Source: the human T2T-CHM13v2.0 reference genome, Homo sapiens. From it: 64,000 bases of DNA. The translations under genes were made by a program, and so were the position numbers. Where the stretch lies: the NCBI RefSeq assembly GCF_009914755.1, contig NC_060928.1. The stretch is one strand, 5' to 3'. Positions 45,527-59,852 of the stretch are shown here, one piece after another. The notes under the pieces were generated by a model, which was not told the DNA's origin, did not search any database, and saw nothing but the letters and a program-made list of their open reading frames with translations. Each line of letters starts with the position of its first letter. The stretch's first letter is position 1.

Positions 45527-45826
45527 ATTTTTTTTTTTTTTTTGAGACAGGGTCTTGCTTTGTTGCCCAGGCTGGAGTGCAGTGGCACAATCACGGTTTA
45601 CTGTAGCCTTGACCTCCTTATGATTAAGGGATTCTCCACCTCAGCCTCCCAAGTACCTGGGACTACAGGCATGCACCACCATGCCCAGCAAATTTTTGTA
45701 TTTTTTGTAGAGATGGGGTCTTGCCTAGTTGCCCAGGCTGGTCTCGAACTCCTGGGCCCAAGCGATCCTCCTGCCTTGGCCTCCCAAAATGGTAGGACTA
45801 GAGGTGTGAGCCACTGCACCTGGCCC
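45527..45826 (-). mobile_element. AluJ element
   Basis: GAGACAGGGTCTTGCTTTGTTGCCCAGG...; flanked by CTGACTGT(G/A)ATTTTT repeats. Confidence 0.9.
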
Positions 45827-46395
45827 TGACTGTAATTTTTAAAGACTGTTTCCTCTCTAGACAGCGAGGAAAGGAATGTGACTTTCCACGTACTCTCAGG
45901 ACTTAGCCTGGTATCTGGAAGAAACATAGGAGGCCTTTGATAAATATTAGTTTAAAGAACTAAAGATGAATGTAAGTCAAGGGAAGGAATGGAGGAAGGG
46001 AGGGCTTACTCGTTGTTAAGTTACATCTTGAGTCATCTCTTCGTTTTCTTGAGAGTCAAAGCCTGAACACTTTGGGAAGGGAGCTAACTTTATCACATTT
46101 AATTTTCACAATAATTCACAATAATGAAGACATTAATTCATTCACTTATTTATACACCAAATTTATTAAGCACCTTCAATATGACAAAGATGGAAAGAAT
46201 CTCTGCATTTGAGGAACTTAGAGTCAATAAGGAAGCAGAGCTAAGGACAAACAATTAAAGTGTAAGGTAGAAATTGCTTAACAGAGGAGTGTTACAGATG
46301 CAGTTACATGAGACAGCAGGCCAGATTGTTTCTTCTAACTTTAAGGCTCCAAGTTATTATAAAGTACTTTCCTGAGTTTGCAGAGCTAACATTTG

Positions 46396-46943
46396 AGTGG
46401 CATGTGAACCAGGGCAATTCATCTTGAATAGGGGGTGTGTAAAATAAGGCTGAGACCTATTGGGCTGCATTCCCAGACAGTTATGGCATTCTAAGTCACA
46501 GGATGAGATAAAAGATTGGCACAAGACACAGGTCAGAAAGACTTTGCTGATAAAACAGGTTGCAGTAAAGAAGCCAGCTAAAACCCACCAAAACCAAGAT
46601 GGCTATGTGAGTAACCTCTGGTCGTCCTCACTGCTACACTCCCATTAGCGCCATGATGGTTTATAAATGCCACGGCAACATCAGGAAGTTACCCTATATG
46701 GTCTAAAAAGGGGAGGCCTGAATAATCCACCCCTTATTTAGCATATATCAAGAAATAACCATAAAAATGGGCAACCAGCAGCCCTTGGGCCTGCTCTGTC
46801 TATGGAGTAGCCGTTCTTTTATTCCTCTACTTTCTTAATAAACTTGCTTTCACTTTACTCTGTGGACTCATCCTGAATTCTTTCTTGCACAAGATCCAAG
46901 AACCCTCTCTTGGGGTCTGGATCGGGACCCCTTTCCTGTAACA
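46396..46943 (+). mobile_element. MER41A-like ERV1 solo LTR
   Basis: CATCTTGAATAGGGG...GGCTGAGACCTA...AAAACCAAGATGGC...AATAAACTTGCTTTCACTTT...GGGACCCCTTTCCTGTAACA; no tandem GAS (TTCnnnGAA) block like that of MER41B. Confidence 0.85.
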
Positions 46944-48001
46944 GTGCCAGTTGACTATAGAGCCCATGATTTTCCCAGGTCCCCCACAGCCTTATCTTGG
47001 CTCTTATCCATGAAGGGCCAGGCAGAGGAGGCTCATGGGAACCAAGACTGAAGCACACTTTCAGATTCTATGTATGTCACCCGAGAAAACCTATACCTCT
47101 TATAGCTTTAGAATTTGCACAAATGTAGAGGCAGCTGCTCTGAGTGGGTAGAAAGACTATGTATATTTCAGATATGGTCTCAGTTTCGTGCCCACAGTCA
47201 GGGCTGGCTGGCATTGCACCTTGGGAAGAACTTGAAAAAGATCTGTGCTCAGCAGGTGACAGTAACATCTGTAGCTGTTTAGATGAATTTAAAATTCCTT
47301 TAAGGTAGAGTTGGCAGCTCAGTAACCTTTTTAAAAAGGCCCCTCTCCCCAATACCATATGCTTTTTAAGTGTTGTATTATTTAAATCCCTGTTAATTCT
47401 ATTTTTATATAGTCAGTGCTCAGTGGATAGGAGCAAATTACTATTTTCCTCACATCAATCCTCCACGCACTTGCTGTTTTTTATGCTGTCCAATAGAGTA
47501 CTCTGTCCTCTAAGAGCCCAAATTCTTCAAACTTTTTCCCAAAGGGGTTGAAAATTCATAATAACTAGTAACATAAAGTGACTCGAGGACACATGGACAC
47601 AAAAAAAAGTCCTAGTAGGGAATGGAGTGGGAAAGGCAAAAGCCAGAGGAGAATTGTTTTGCTGGCCTACTCAGGTACGAGAAGCACAGGAGAAGCCAAC
47701 TTTCTAGGTGGGAAAGTGTTTTCCTTCCCAGGAACTTTTGCTTCCAAGAAAGGGCAGGCCCTCAAAAACACAGATTATGGCCAAGGAGCTCATCCCTTTA
47801 TTTATCTTAAATTAAAGAATACAAGAAAGAGAATATCATGAAAACCACTCACTATTACCAGAGAGAAGGACTCTCAGTCAGATTCCGACTAACAGGGTCT
47901 CAATATAATAATAGGGGAAGTTCATTTGACTTTTCTCAAATCACGAGCATGTGAAGACACCCCTTTTTAACTTGGACATGAACCTGGATGGACGGCCTCT
48001 G

Positions 48002-48444
<443 letters not shown>

Positions 48445-49509
48445 TTAAATATATTCCACTCAGTTTTATGAATATGGAGGTTTAGGAGTTAGGAGAAGTG
48501 TTATTAACTAGACCGGGGATCCCTAAGTTCCTTGTTTGTGATGTCTTAATTTGAGTCTTTGTCCATATCAGTGCCAGCCATCAGCCCAGGGTGGCCAGAC
48601 TGGTCCTTCCAGTTGTGGCTGTCCCCCTGAAGTGGCATGGTCCACCCCTCTCCCACTTTCGCTGAGTCTGCCCAGGAGGTGGACAGGAAATGCAGCTTTG
48701 ACAAGTTCTGCCATGGGTATGCTCGCACCCCCACATTGGGTGACTCTCACTAAGTGTCTTGCCACGATGGCCAGTCCTTCTAAGTGATTAGGCTGCACCT
48801 GGACCAACACTGTTCGCGTTCTGGCCACCTGCCCATAAACTCGCAGCAGCTGTGACAACTGCGTGAGCCTGGTAGCAAGCCCATTGTCCCCTGGGATGCT
48901 AACTCCTCAATGCCATGTGGCTGCGGGGGTTTGGCAGAAGAGACAGCAGCTGTGCTAGGTATGTCCCCTCCTCATCTGTGCCCCCTAGAGGCAGCTGCAC
49001 ACACCAACTCATCTGAATTCGAAGCTAGGAGATCTATGAGGCTCCAGCTCTACTTTCAACTCATCTCAAGATGGCATCTTCTCCAGGATAAAGGAATAAG
49101 GAACCACATGCCAGGGGTCACTGCAGGTCACTCTGAAGCTGCCAGTCATCTCAAAGTCAAACTCTCCAAACTGGTTACTGCTGTTTCTCCCTGCCCTGCA
49201 TCCCCTCTTCTGCATACCACCCCATTCTGTAGAATCTATACCACCAACCCTCCTCACCCCTGCTCACGTGACTGACTTCTCCAGTCAGCACCATTGTCCT
49301 CCCCTGGAAATGATCCCATGAAATTTCATAAAACATCAAAAATGGCTTCTTGTCAGTTAGCCTTATGGTTCTACTGGTGTGATAGAAATAGGGACAGAGT
49401 GAGAAATAGAAACTAGGATCTGTCTGTGCAGAAACCCAAGGTAGTGAAAATGAAGTTACTCTCCGAAGTGATAAGGGGATGGATCCAAATCTGTGACCTT
49501 GACATCACC

Positions 49510-49915
49510 ATCTATTCGAGGTCCTGCAAGCAACAGATGCCAAGACGAAATTAAATATGCAGGGACTTGATTAGGGAAAATACCTGTGTGAGCAACAGGG
49601 GATGGAGGCTGAGAAAGGCTGGGAGAGCTGTCAGACCACCATCCGATCTGACACCAGTGAAGGAGAGGAGGGAAGGTTAGGTGGAACTGTACCTGGGCCA
49701 ACATCAGCTGTCAGAGTAATCCCAACTTTCAGGAACAAGCCTGTCTTAGGGTCCTGCAGCACTCAGTCACTCTGACACTGACCAGGAGCTGCACCTTGAA
49801 GGGTGGCTTGCTGCAAATGCAGGGGTGGCTTTTAGAGTGCAGCCACTTGAGTCCTTTGTCAGTGACACCTCCTATAATGGGCGGTCTGTGAGGGCACTTG
49901 AATGGCCTTTACACG
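49510..49915 (-). mobile_element. LTR16-like ERVL LTR
   Basis: CAGATGCCAAGAC...GGCTGGGAGAGCTGTCAGACC...CTGACACCAGTGAAGGAGAG resembles the recalled consensus. Confidence 0.5.
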
Positions 49916-50741
49916 TGGTGACTAAACTAATGAAGTAGCTGAGGAGATGGGGAGTGGAGTCCACAGGACCCAAGTCAAGGGAAGGCAATCAGGATATTGT
50001 TTCAAGGAATGAAAAACACGTGTTGGGTGATAGTTCACAAGGCTTCAGTCTGATCACCTGGATTGGGCTCAGTGTGAAGGAAACAGAAAGTCTGTACATC
50101 CATGACATATCATTTTACTCTATTTTAAAACAAGCCAAATATACCTGAAAGCATAGAAATTTCAAAGCCTTGAAAAAATTCTTCTGTTTTCAAGTTTGCC
50201 TTAGCACTGACAGTAGATGTGAAGCTCTGAGACCACTTTTGAAGCTAGAAAAGGCAAGGACAAAAGTACAGAGACAGTGAGTTTCATGGACATCTTATGA
50301 CCTTTCTGGGCCTCAGTTCCTTCATCCCTAAAAAGATCCCTTTCAAGTCTAAAATTCTAAAATCAATGCTCAGATTGGCAAAGTTTCTAATAATCAGGGA
50401 AAGCAGTTTTCCAGGATCCAGAGCACCACAGTGTCACTGTATTAAGGCAGCAAATAAATCAGCCCTGGTTGTGCTGGCCGTGGGGCCATGGAGGACTCCA
50501 GGGTGGTTGCAGGGCTTCCTTGGGAGCCGACTCCTCACTGCATTTGAGGACCTACTCATTTTCATATTCATGGTTCCTAGCTCATGGGGAAACTCAATAA
50601 CATCTTCATTAAATAAACACACAAATGGACAAAATCAATTTGGGAAGAGAAAGAGAAAAGGATTGGGGTAAAAAGTGATGTGAATTAGCAGAGCTGGGTT
50701 ATAGGCAGGGTGGATATGCAGCTGGTGTCCACCATGGAGCT

Positions 50742-51142
50742 TGTGTTAGGCCGTTCTTGCATTGGTATAAGGAAATATCTGTGACTGCTTAATTAATAAA
50801 AGAGGTTTAATTGCTTCATGATTCTGCAGGCTGTAAAGGATGATGCCCGGCATCTGCTCAGCTTCTGATGAGGCCTCAGGAAGCTTCCAATCATGGCAGA
50901 AGGCAAAGGGGAACCCATGTATCACATAGCAAGAGCAGGAGCAAGAGAGGCGCGGGGAGAGGTTTTAAACCACGTCTTGCAAGAACTCACTATTGCGAGG
51001 ACAGTACCTTGGGGATGGTGCTAAATCATTCATGAGAAATCTGCCCCCATGATCTAATCACCTCCCACCAGGCCCCAACTCCGACACTGGAGATTACATT
51101 TCAACATGAGATTTGGGTGGGGACAAATATCCAGACTATATC
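50742..51142 (-). mobile_element. MST (MaLR) solo LTR
   Basis: TGTGTTAGGCCGTTCTTGCATT...GGCATCTGCTCAGCTTCTG...CATGAGATTTGGGTGGGGACAAATATCCAGACTATATC. Confidence 0.88.
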
Positions 51143-52589
51143 GGGGCTGTACCAGCAATTGACTCCTGACATCTGTTCTGACTGGTCAGAGTCTGTTCTG
51201 ATAGGTTGGTGCCTCTACTGATTATTAAATATTTTATGCTATACCAATTATTAAATATTTTGAAAACCACCTACTGTTACATGGGCTATCATATTGCCTA
51301 GAATATTTGGTGATGGTTTCATAAATGGAAAGCAATTGATTTCTGATAGTCATTCCACCGCAACCTAAGGTCACCATATCTATTAATAATTCCTGTAGAT
51401 GGTAGTGGGATGGAGGGTGATTTAATCAAATTGATGACAATTTGAAGTTGCCAAACTGCTGATTTTTGTTCTACCCTTCGTAGAAGACAATTTGTATTAC
51501 TCTTTCCCTGCTGCCCCACTAGAAATATATTAGCACCTAAAGCTTGTATATTCATTTATCACAAGCATAATATGTTCTCCTTAAGCTGGATAGAGAATGT
51601 TTGAGTTAAAAATGAACTGAGACCAAAGAGAAGTGACCTGTTATTCAAGTCCTTATACTCACAAATGCTTGGGGCAAAGGGAATGTTTGGAGAAAAGTGA
51701 TGAATTCTCTAGACTTAAAAGCCAGTTGGATAAAAAGCAGAACTGGCAGAGCCTATGCCAATGTGGGATTATGGATGCAGGAAGAAGCAAGAGGAAGTAG
51801 CCCAGGAACTTACAGAAATTATAATGAGGGCTCCGAATTCTTATGGGTTGTGGTACTGGCATTCAGGCCAGGTTTAACTAGATGTCCAAAGGCTGTGCAG
51901 GGGGATATCTGATATCTGGAATATTCTTAGGCTCAATTCGTTTGTTTCTTCATTTGTTTCTTGCAACCAAAAATGAATTATGAATATCAGTCCAAAGTCA
52001 GAGACAGACTAATTTGTTTCTCATATAATGAACTAGAAGGTATATTTCTAAGACTAAGGATTTGTGCTTGTGTTTGGATTGGAGCTGAGCCTCTTGGGTG
52101 GGGAAGACAGGTCACAGGCCACCTTTCTCAAGAAAAGAGGCTGCAGGGGCAGAAAACTGGAAACATGAAGCTGTATATGTATAGAATTCCAGGGCAAGTA
52201 AAATGTAAATGAGTGATGAAACAACATCACTCCTCACAACCCGGGTGATTTGCAAAGTCACCAGGGAATTTCAGGACACCTGGATTACAAAACCATAGCA
52301 AGACTTGGAGTCCGCATTAGCATAGTGAAGTGGAAGCTGCCAGCTCAGTTAAGGGCTATGCCTAGAACTGGCATAGCACCACTTCTCCCATGTTCTCGTG
52401 GTCAAAGGAGTTACAAGGCCCACCCAGATGAAAAGGGATGGAGAAATAGATTCTACCTCTGGATGGGGACTGGCAAAGTCACATTGAAGAGCATGTGGAA
52501 TGGGAATTGTGTTGTATGGTAGCCATTTTGGAAAATACAATCTACTGCAACAGATGATTAAAATACTTAAAAAGAAATTTTAGTGTGTT

Positions 52590-53290
52590 ATCTTCTTTAA
52601 ACATTGTACAAATTTAAGGTGTATAATGTGATGTTTTGATGTATATTTTATTAAAGTGATTACTAGTCAAGCAAATTAACGTATGCATCATCTTACATGG
52701 TAACTACCTTGTGTATGCGTGTATGGGGGTGGGGGGTAAAGTACCTAAATATGTTCCCAGTAAATTTCCAGTATACAATACAATATTTGTAACTATAGTC
52801 TGCATGCTGTACTTTAGATCTCTAGACTTATCCACTCTATATAACTACAACTTTGTATCCTTGGCCTACATAACCCTGTCCTCTCACCCCCACACCTGGT
52901 AACCATCATTATACTCTGTTTCTCTGTATTCATGTTTTTTTTAAAATTCCATATATAAGTGAAATCATGCAGTATTTTTCTTGTCTGACTTATTTTACCT
53001 AGCATAATGTCCTCTAGGTTCCTCCATGTTGTCACAAATGAGAGGATCTCCTTTTTAACAGCTGAATAATATTCCATTGTACATATGAACTATAATCTCT
53101 TTATCCATCATCTATCAATGGACACTTTGGTTGTTTTCATAGCTTGGCTATTATGAATCATGCTGCAATCAACAACATGGGAATGCAGCAATCACCAGAT
53201 ATCAGCTGGTGATTCCGTTTCCCAGAAGAGGGATTGCTGGGTCATGTGGTAGTTCTATTTTTATTTTTTTAAGGAACCATTATACCCTTG
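52590..53290 (-). mobile_element. L1M 3' region (antisense)
   Basis: The minus-strand ORF MEYYSAVKKEILSFVTTW is the ORF2 C-terminus, followed by L1MA-type 3' UTR. Confidence 0.85.
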
Positions 53291-53324
53291 CCAATTCTTA
53301 TCATTCCTTGTCTTTATCACAAGT

Positions 53325-56300
53325 GGAGGAACTAGATAAACAAGAGCAAACCGACACACAGTTAGCAGAAGACAGGAAATAATCAAAATCAGAGCTGAAC
53401 CGAAGGAAACTGGGAAAAACCATACACAAACCCAACACATCCAGAAGTTTCTTTTTTGAAAGATAGATAGACCACTAGGTAGACTAATAAAGAAAAAAAG
53501 GAGAAGTTCCAAATAAACACAATCAGAAATGACAAAGGGGATATTATCACTGACCCCACAGAAATATAAAAAACCCTCAGAAATTATTATGAACACCTCT
53601 ATGCACACAAGCTAGGAAACCTAGAGGAAATGGCTAGATCCCTGGAAACATACAACCTCCCAAGATTGAACCAAGAAGAAATTGAATCCCTGAGCAGACC
53701 AGTAATGAGTTCTGAAACTGAATCAGTAACAAAAAGCCTACCAACCAGAAAAAACAAACAAACAAACAAAAAACAAACAAAAAAAAACAGAACAAGACAG
53801 ATTCACAGCCAAATTCTACTGGATGTATAAAGAAGAGCTGGTACCACTCCTACTGAAACTATTCCAAAAAATTAAAGGAGGGACTCCCTAACTCATTCTA
53901 TTTGGTATCATCCTGATATCAAAACCTGGCAGAGATACAATAAAAAAAGAAAACTTCAGGCCAATATCTTTGATGAACATCAATGCAAAAATCCTCAATA
54001 AAATACTGGCAAACTGAATCTAGCAGCAGATCAAAAAGCTTATCTACCATGATCAAGTAGGCTTCATCCCTGGGATGCAAGGTTGCTTCAACATACACAA
54101 ATCAATAAATGTAATTCATCACATAAACATAACTAAAGACAAAAACCCACATGATTATCTCAATAGGTGCAGAAAAGGCTTCTGATAAAATTCAACATCC
54201 CTTCATGTTAAAAACCCTCAACAAACTGGGCATTGAAGGAACATACTTCAAAATAATAATAGCCACCTATTACAAACCCACAGTCAACATCATACTGAAT
54301 GGGCATAAACTGGAAGCATTCCGTTTGAAAACCTGCACAAGACAAGGATGCCTTCTCTCACCACTCCTATTCAACACAGTACTGGAAGTCCTGGCTAGAG
54401 CAGTCAGGCAAGAGAAAGAAAGTAAGGAAAGGCATCCAAATAGAAAGAGAGGAAGTCGAACTATCCCTGTTTGCAGATGATATGATTCTACACCTAGAAA
54501 ATTCCATAGTCTTTGCCTAAAAGCTCACTGATCTGATAAACAACTTAGCAAAGTTTCAGGGTACAAAATCAATGTACAAAAATCACTAGCATTTTGTATA
54601 CACCAATGACATCCAAGCTGAGAGCCAAATTGAGAATGCAATCTCATTCACGATGGTCACGAAAAGATAAAATACCTAGGAATATAGCTAACCAGGGAGG
54701 GGAACAATCTCTACAATGAGAATTACAAAACATTGCTCAAAGAAATCAGAGATGACGCAAACAAATGGAAAAGCATTCCATGTTCATAGATAGGAAGAAT
54801 CAATATTGTTAAAATGGCCATACTGCCCAAAGCAGTTTACAGATTCAATGTTATTCCTATCAAACTACTAATGACATTCTTCACAGCATTAGAAAAAGCT
54901 AATGGTGATTTATTTTAAAATTCACAGGGAACTAAAAAAGAGCCCAAATAGCCAAGGCAATCCTAAGCAAAAAGAACAAAGCTGGAGGCATCATATTACC
55001 CAACTTCAAACTATAGTACAAGGCCATAATAGCCAAACAGCATGGTACTGGTACAAAAACAGACACATAGACCAACAGAACAGACAGCCCAGAAGTAATG
55101 TTGCACATTTAAAACCATCTGATCTTCAACAAAGTCAACAAAAACAAGCAATGGGGAAAGGACTCCCTATTCAAAAAATGGTGCTGGGATAACTGGCTAG
55201 CCAGATGCGGAAGATTGAAACAGTACCCATTTCTTACACCATATACAAAAATCAGCTCAAGATGAATTAAGAACTTAAATATAAAACCTAAAACTTTAAA
55301 AACCCTGGGAGAAAACCTAGGAAATGCCATTCTGGACACAGGGTATGGCAAAGATTTCATTAAGAAGATGCCATAAGCAATTGCAACAAAAACAAAAATT
55401 GACACATGGGACCTAGTTAAACTAATGAGCATCTACACAGCAAAAGAAGTGATCAACAGAGTAAACAGACAGCCTACAGTATGGGAGAAAATATTTGTAA
55501 ACTGTGCATCCTACAAATGTCTAATATCCAGAATCTATGAGGAACTTTGACAAAACAACAAGTAAAAAACAACCACATTAAAAAGTAGGCAAAATAAATG
55601 AACATGCACTTTTTAAAAGAAGACATACAAGCAGTCAACAATCACATGAAAAATTGTTCAACATCACTGATTACAGAGAAATGCAAATCAAAGCCACAAT
55701 GTGATACCATCTCACACCAGTCAGAATGGCTATTAGTAAAAAGTCAAAAATAGCAGAAGCTGGTAAGGTTGTGGAGAAAAGTAAACGCTTATACACTGCT
55801 GGTGGGAAGGTAAATTAGTTCAGCCACCGTGGAAAGCAGTGTGGAGATTTCTCACAGAATTCAAAGCAGGATTACCATTCGACCCAACAATCCCATTTTT
55901 GGGTATATACCAGAAGGAATATAAATTTTTCTACCACAAAGACATGCACATGTATGTTAATTGCAGCACTGTTCACAGTAGCAAAGACAAGGAAACAACC
56001 TAAATGCCCATCAACGGTAGAATGGATAAAAAAAATGTGGTGCATATTCACCACAGAATACTATGCAGCCATAAAAAGAATGAGATCATGTTCTTTGCAA
56101 CAACATGGAGAGAGCTGGAGGCCATTATCCTAAGTGACTAATACAAGAACAGAAAACCAAATACCACACGTTCTCACTTATAAGTGGAAGCTAAATATTG
56201 AGTACGTGTGTACACAAAGAAGGGAACAACAGACATCAAGGCCTATGTGAGGGTGGAGAAAGGGAGGAGGGTGAGAATCAGAATACCCAACTTCAAACCA

Positions 56301-56580
56301 TACTACAAGGCTACAATAACCAAAACAGCGTGGTACTGGTACAAAAACAGACACATAGACCAACAGAACAGAATAGAGAGCCAGAAATAATGCTTCACTC
56401 CTACAACTATCTGATGCTCAACAAAGTTGACAAAAACAAGCAATGGGGAAAGGACTCCCGATGTTTATTACCTGGCTGGAAAAATCATCTGTATACAAAA
56501 ACCCTGTGACATGCAATTTACCTATGTAACAAATATGCACATGTACCCCTGAACCTAAACTAAAAGTAAAAAAAAAAGGA
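53325..56580 (+). mobile_element. 5'-truncated old L1P (L1PA15/16 or L1PB-like); ORF2 heavily disrupted
   Basis: ORF fragments [17 protein letters not shown] and [24 protein letters not shown]; many stops and frameshifts; 3' UTR and A tail near 56570. Confidence 0.92.
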
Positions 56581-56829
56581 AATCTAAAGAGAAAAAAGTG
56601 TTTAAGAACTATGTTTTAAAATATATCACTTTAAAAATTTAAAATTTAATTAAAAAGAAAATAGTACCAGAACAATATGTTTTAACCCATAAACCATTGC
56701 CAAAAACACCAAAAAACTAGTATTAGCTAAATATATCTCTTTGAACTGTATTGGAAAGTTCTGTAGAAAGAAAAAAGGAATTGACATATTTTTATTTATA
56801 CGGAAATTTTATAGCATTTAAAATTCATA

Positions 56830-57220
56830 AATTTATAATTTATGTATAAATAATATATAAAATAATATATAGTATATATAATTATATATTATATGTTATA
56901 CTATATGTTATAAATAGTATATATAATTATACTATTTATAATACTATTATAGTACTATTATACTATTATAGTACTATTATAATACTATTATAGTACTATT
57001 ATAATATATAGTACAATATATAATATACTATTATATATTATATATAATATACTATTATATATAATATATAATATATTATTTAAATATAAAATATAAATAA
57101 CATCAATATAAAATTTCTACATAATGCTATATAAATAAATCATGTAATTTAGATAGCATTATATATAACTATATAGCATATAATTTTTATTATAAATACT
57201 TTATGAATAGTAAATCATTT
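56830..57220. repeat. AT-rich low-complexity island containing a TACTATTATA(G/A) tandem array
   Basis: Almost pure A/T; about 6 copies of a roughly 11-mer at 56930-57006. Confidence 0.9.
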
Positions 57221-57723
57221 AATGCTCACAACCATGTGAGTTAGACACTGTTATTGTTCACATTTTATAAGTGTGCTCAAGGTGAAATGGTAAAGTCAAG
57301 ATTTGAAAATGGACATTTTCTCTAAAGTCTTTACTTTTAACCTCTGTGTCACGCTGCTTCCCAACACAGTAAATAAATAAACCTCCATATTCCTGATCTA
57401 AAGTATTTTTATTGTTTTTCATATGTCCGCAGAACATTTATAGAGACTGATCAGGTACCTGACTACAAAGAAAACTTGAGGAAATTCAGAGTAATGATTT
57501 TATAGTTAACATTATCTGATCATAATTCAATAAATAAGAAAAAATTATCAAAAGGTAACAAAAAGTTGACTACTTGAAAATTTAAAAATACTTAGAAAAT
57601 AATTGGTTCCAAAAGTTGAAAGGGAAATTATTGACCATCTTAAAAGCCATGAAAGGTCGAACTTTATAACATACTCTAGGATTCTGTGAAAACTATATAT
57701 GAAAAATTTTGTAGTTAAAATGC

Positions 57724-58046
<323 letters not shown>

Positions 58047-58907
58047 TCATTCTAAGAAATTAGAAGAAGAATAAAGAGAGATAAATAAAGGCAAAAGCTT
58101 AAATTACTGAAATAGAAGGCAAAATAAGTAATAGGATATATAAATAAATTTAAACTTGTTATATAAAAACATCTAAACTCTATACATGTCTATAACAAGT
58201 TTGATTTTTAAAAATGAGGAAATGCAAAATTATAAAAGATCAGAAAGCAGAAAGAAGACTATAGTGACTGAAAGTATTACAAGAGAATACGATATGAAAC
58301 TTGATGGTGGCAAATTTTAAAACTGGAATAAACATTGGGGAAAAAAGAGGTAAAACTGTCTATTTTTGCAAATGATATGATTGTAAACCTAGAAAACCCA
58401 AAGGAATCTAATAAAAGTCTTCTAGAATTAAGAATAGAATTTGATAAAATAGGTGGATCTACAAATAGGCAAAAATACCATTAGCTTTTTTGTACTCTAG
58501 GAATAAGAAAAGGAATGAAAAAAAAAGTCTAAAATAGTGAAAAACCAACCTCTATGAAATACTTAGGATAACAAAAAAAGAAAATGCACAACAAAGTTAT
58601 ACTAAAATATGCAAAAGGAGAAATGAAGAAATGGAAAGATGTGCCATTTTCTTGGATAGGAAAATTCAATGCCATAAAGATATTAAATTCTACAAATTGA
58701 TTATGTGTGTGGTGTGTTTTACTAAAAATCACAACAAAGTGGGTATTTCGGGTTTGTTTGTTGTTTTTGGTAATTGGATAAAGTGATCTTAAAGTTTCTA
58801 GAGAAAAATAAATATCAAAGAAAATACAAGTAATTTAGAAAAAATAAGTAGAGATGGAGTAAGGGACATCCTCGCTAGTTACTAGAACTGTCTATAAACC
58901 CATCGTA

Positions 58908-58982
58908 TTAGGTTGGGGCAAAAGTAATTGTGGTTTTTACCACTAAAATTGCAAAACTGCAATTACTTTTGCACCAACCTAA
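58908..58982. mobile_element. MADE1 (Hsmar1-derived MITE)
   Basis: TTAGGTTGGGGCAAAAGTAATTG...CAATTACTTTTGCACCAACCTAA terminal inverted repeats, TA on the left. Confidence 0.93.
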
Positions 58983-59852
58983 TCTTCAAATCAGTGTCCT
59001 ACTGGATCTCAATTTTATTGCACACTCAAGGATACACTACAAATATATGAATGAAAAATATAAAAGGTAAAGTAAACCAAAGCTCTTACCAAGAAATCTA
59101 GTGGATTATATGTACTGTTATATAATGGGGGTAGGACAAACCCTCCCAATAAAAACTGAGAAGCCAAAAGCTCTGAGAGTAAAGATAGCTGTATTTGACT
59201 GAAAACAGTATAACTTTTCAGGCAGAGATAATATAAAAATGCAGTAGACCATGGTAGATTTGAAGAAATCTATATAGTGTGAACACTAGTTATCATTTTT
59301 ATAATATGCAAAGATTTGTTATGATTTGGCAAGAAAAACAAGAACAAACCAATAGGAAAATGGACAAAAGATATGAATGGGCAATATACAGAAAAGCACA
59401 TACGAAGGGTTGAGAAACTCGGAAATATCCTCAAATTTACCAAAAGTGAGGGGAGTACAAATTGAACAAACAATAAGATATGACTTTATACCCACCAGAT
59501 TGTCTAAAATTGTAAAGATTTGTAACACTTATTGCTGGCAGGTTAGTAGGTAAGGGAGAACTTTCATACAGCTTAGGTAGAATGGAAATACCTCTTGCAG
59601 GAGCAGCATGGCACTATCTATTACAATTTAAAATACAGACAGTCTTTAGGCCAGCAATTCCTTCCTCAGACTCTAATAGAAGCAAAGCCACCAGAATATA
59701 AAGATTCATACACAAGGTGTTTTAGCTTGCTTCCTTTACTTTGTTTTGTTTTTGCAAATTAGAAAAGCTAAGTGTTTTCTGTAATGGGGGATAGCTGAAT
59801 AAATTATGGCATAACCATATGATGGAAAAATACAGTCATTAAGAATAAATTA

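Noticed and set aside
46396-46943. Interferon-gamma-inducible MER41 enhancer
   Set aside because: The copy looks like MER41A and lacks the tandem GAS/STAT1 block characteristic of MER41B.
50742-51142. MST LTR as an upstream LNX1 promoter exon
   Set aside because: The usual donor position reads CATGATT|GGAAG (no GT), and the DUX4-like site TGATCTAATCA is imperfect.
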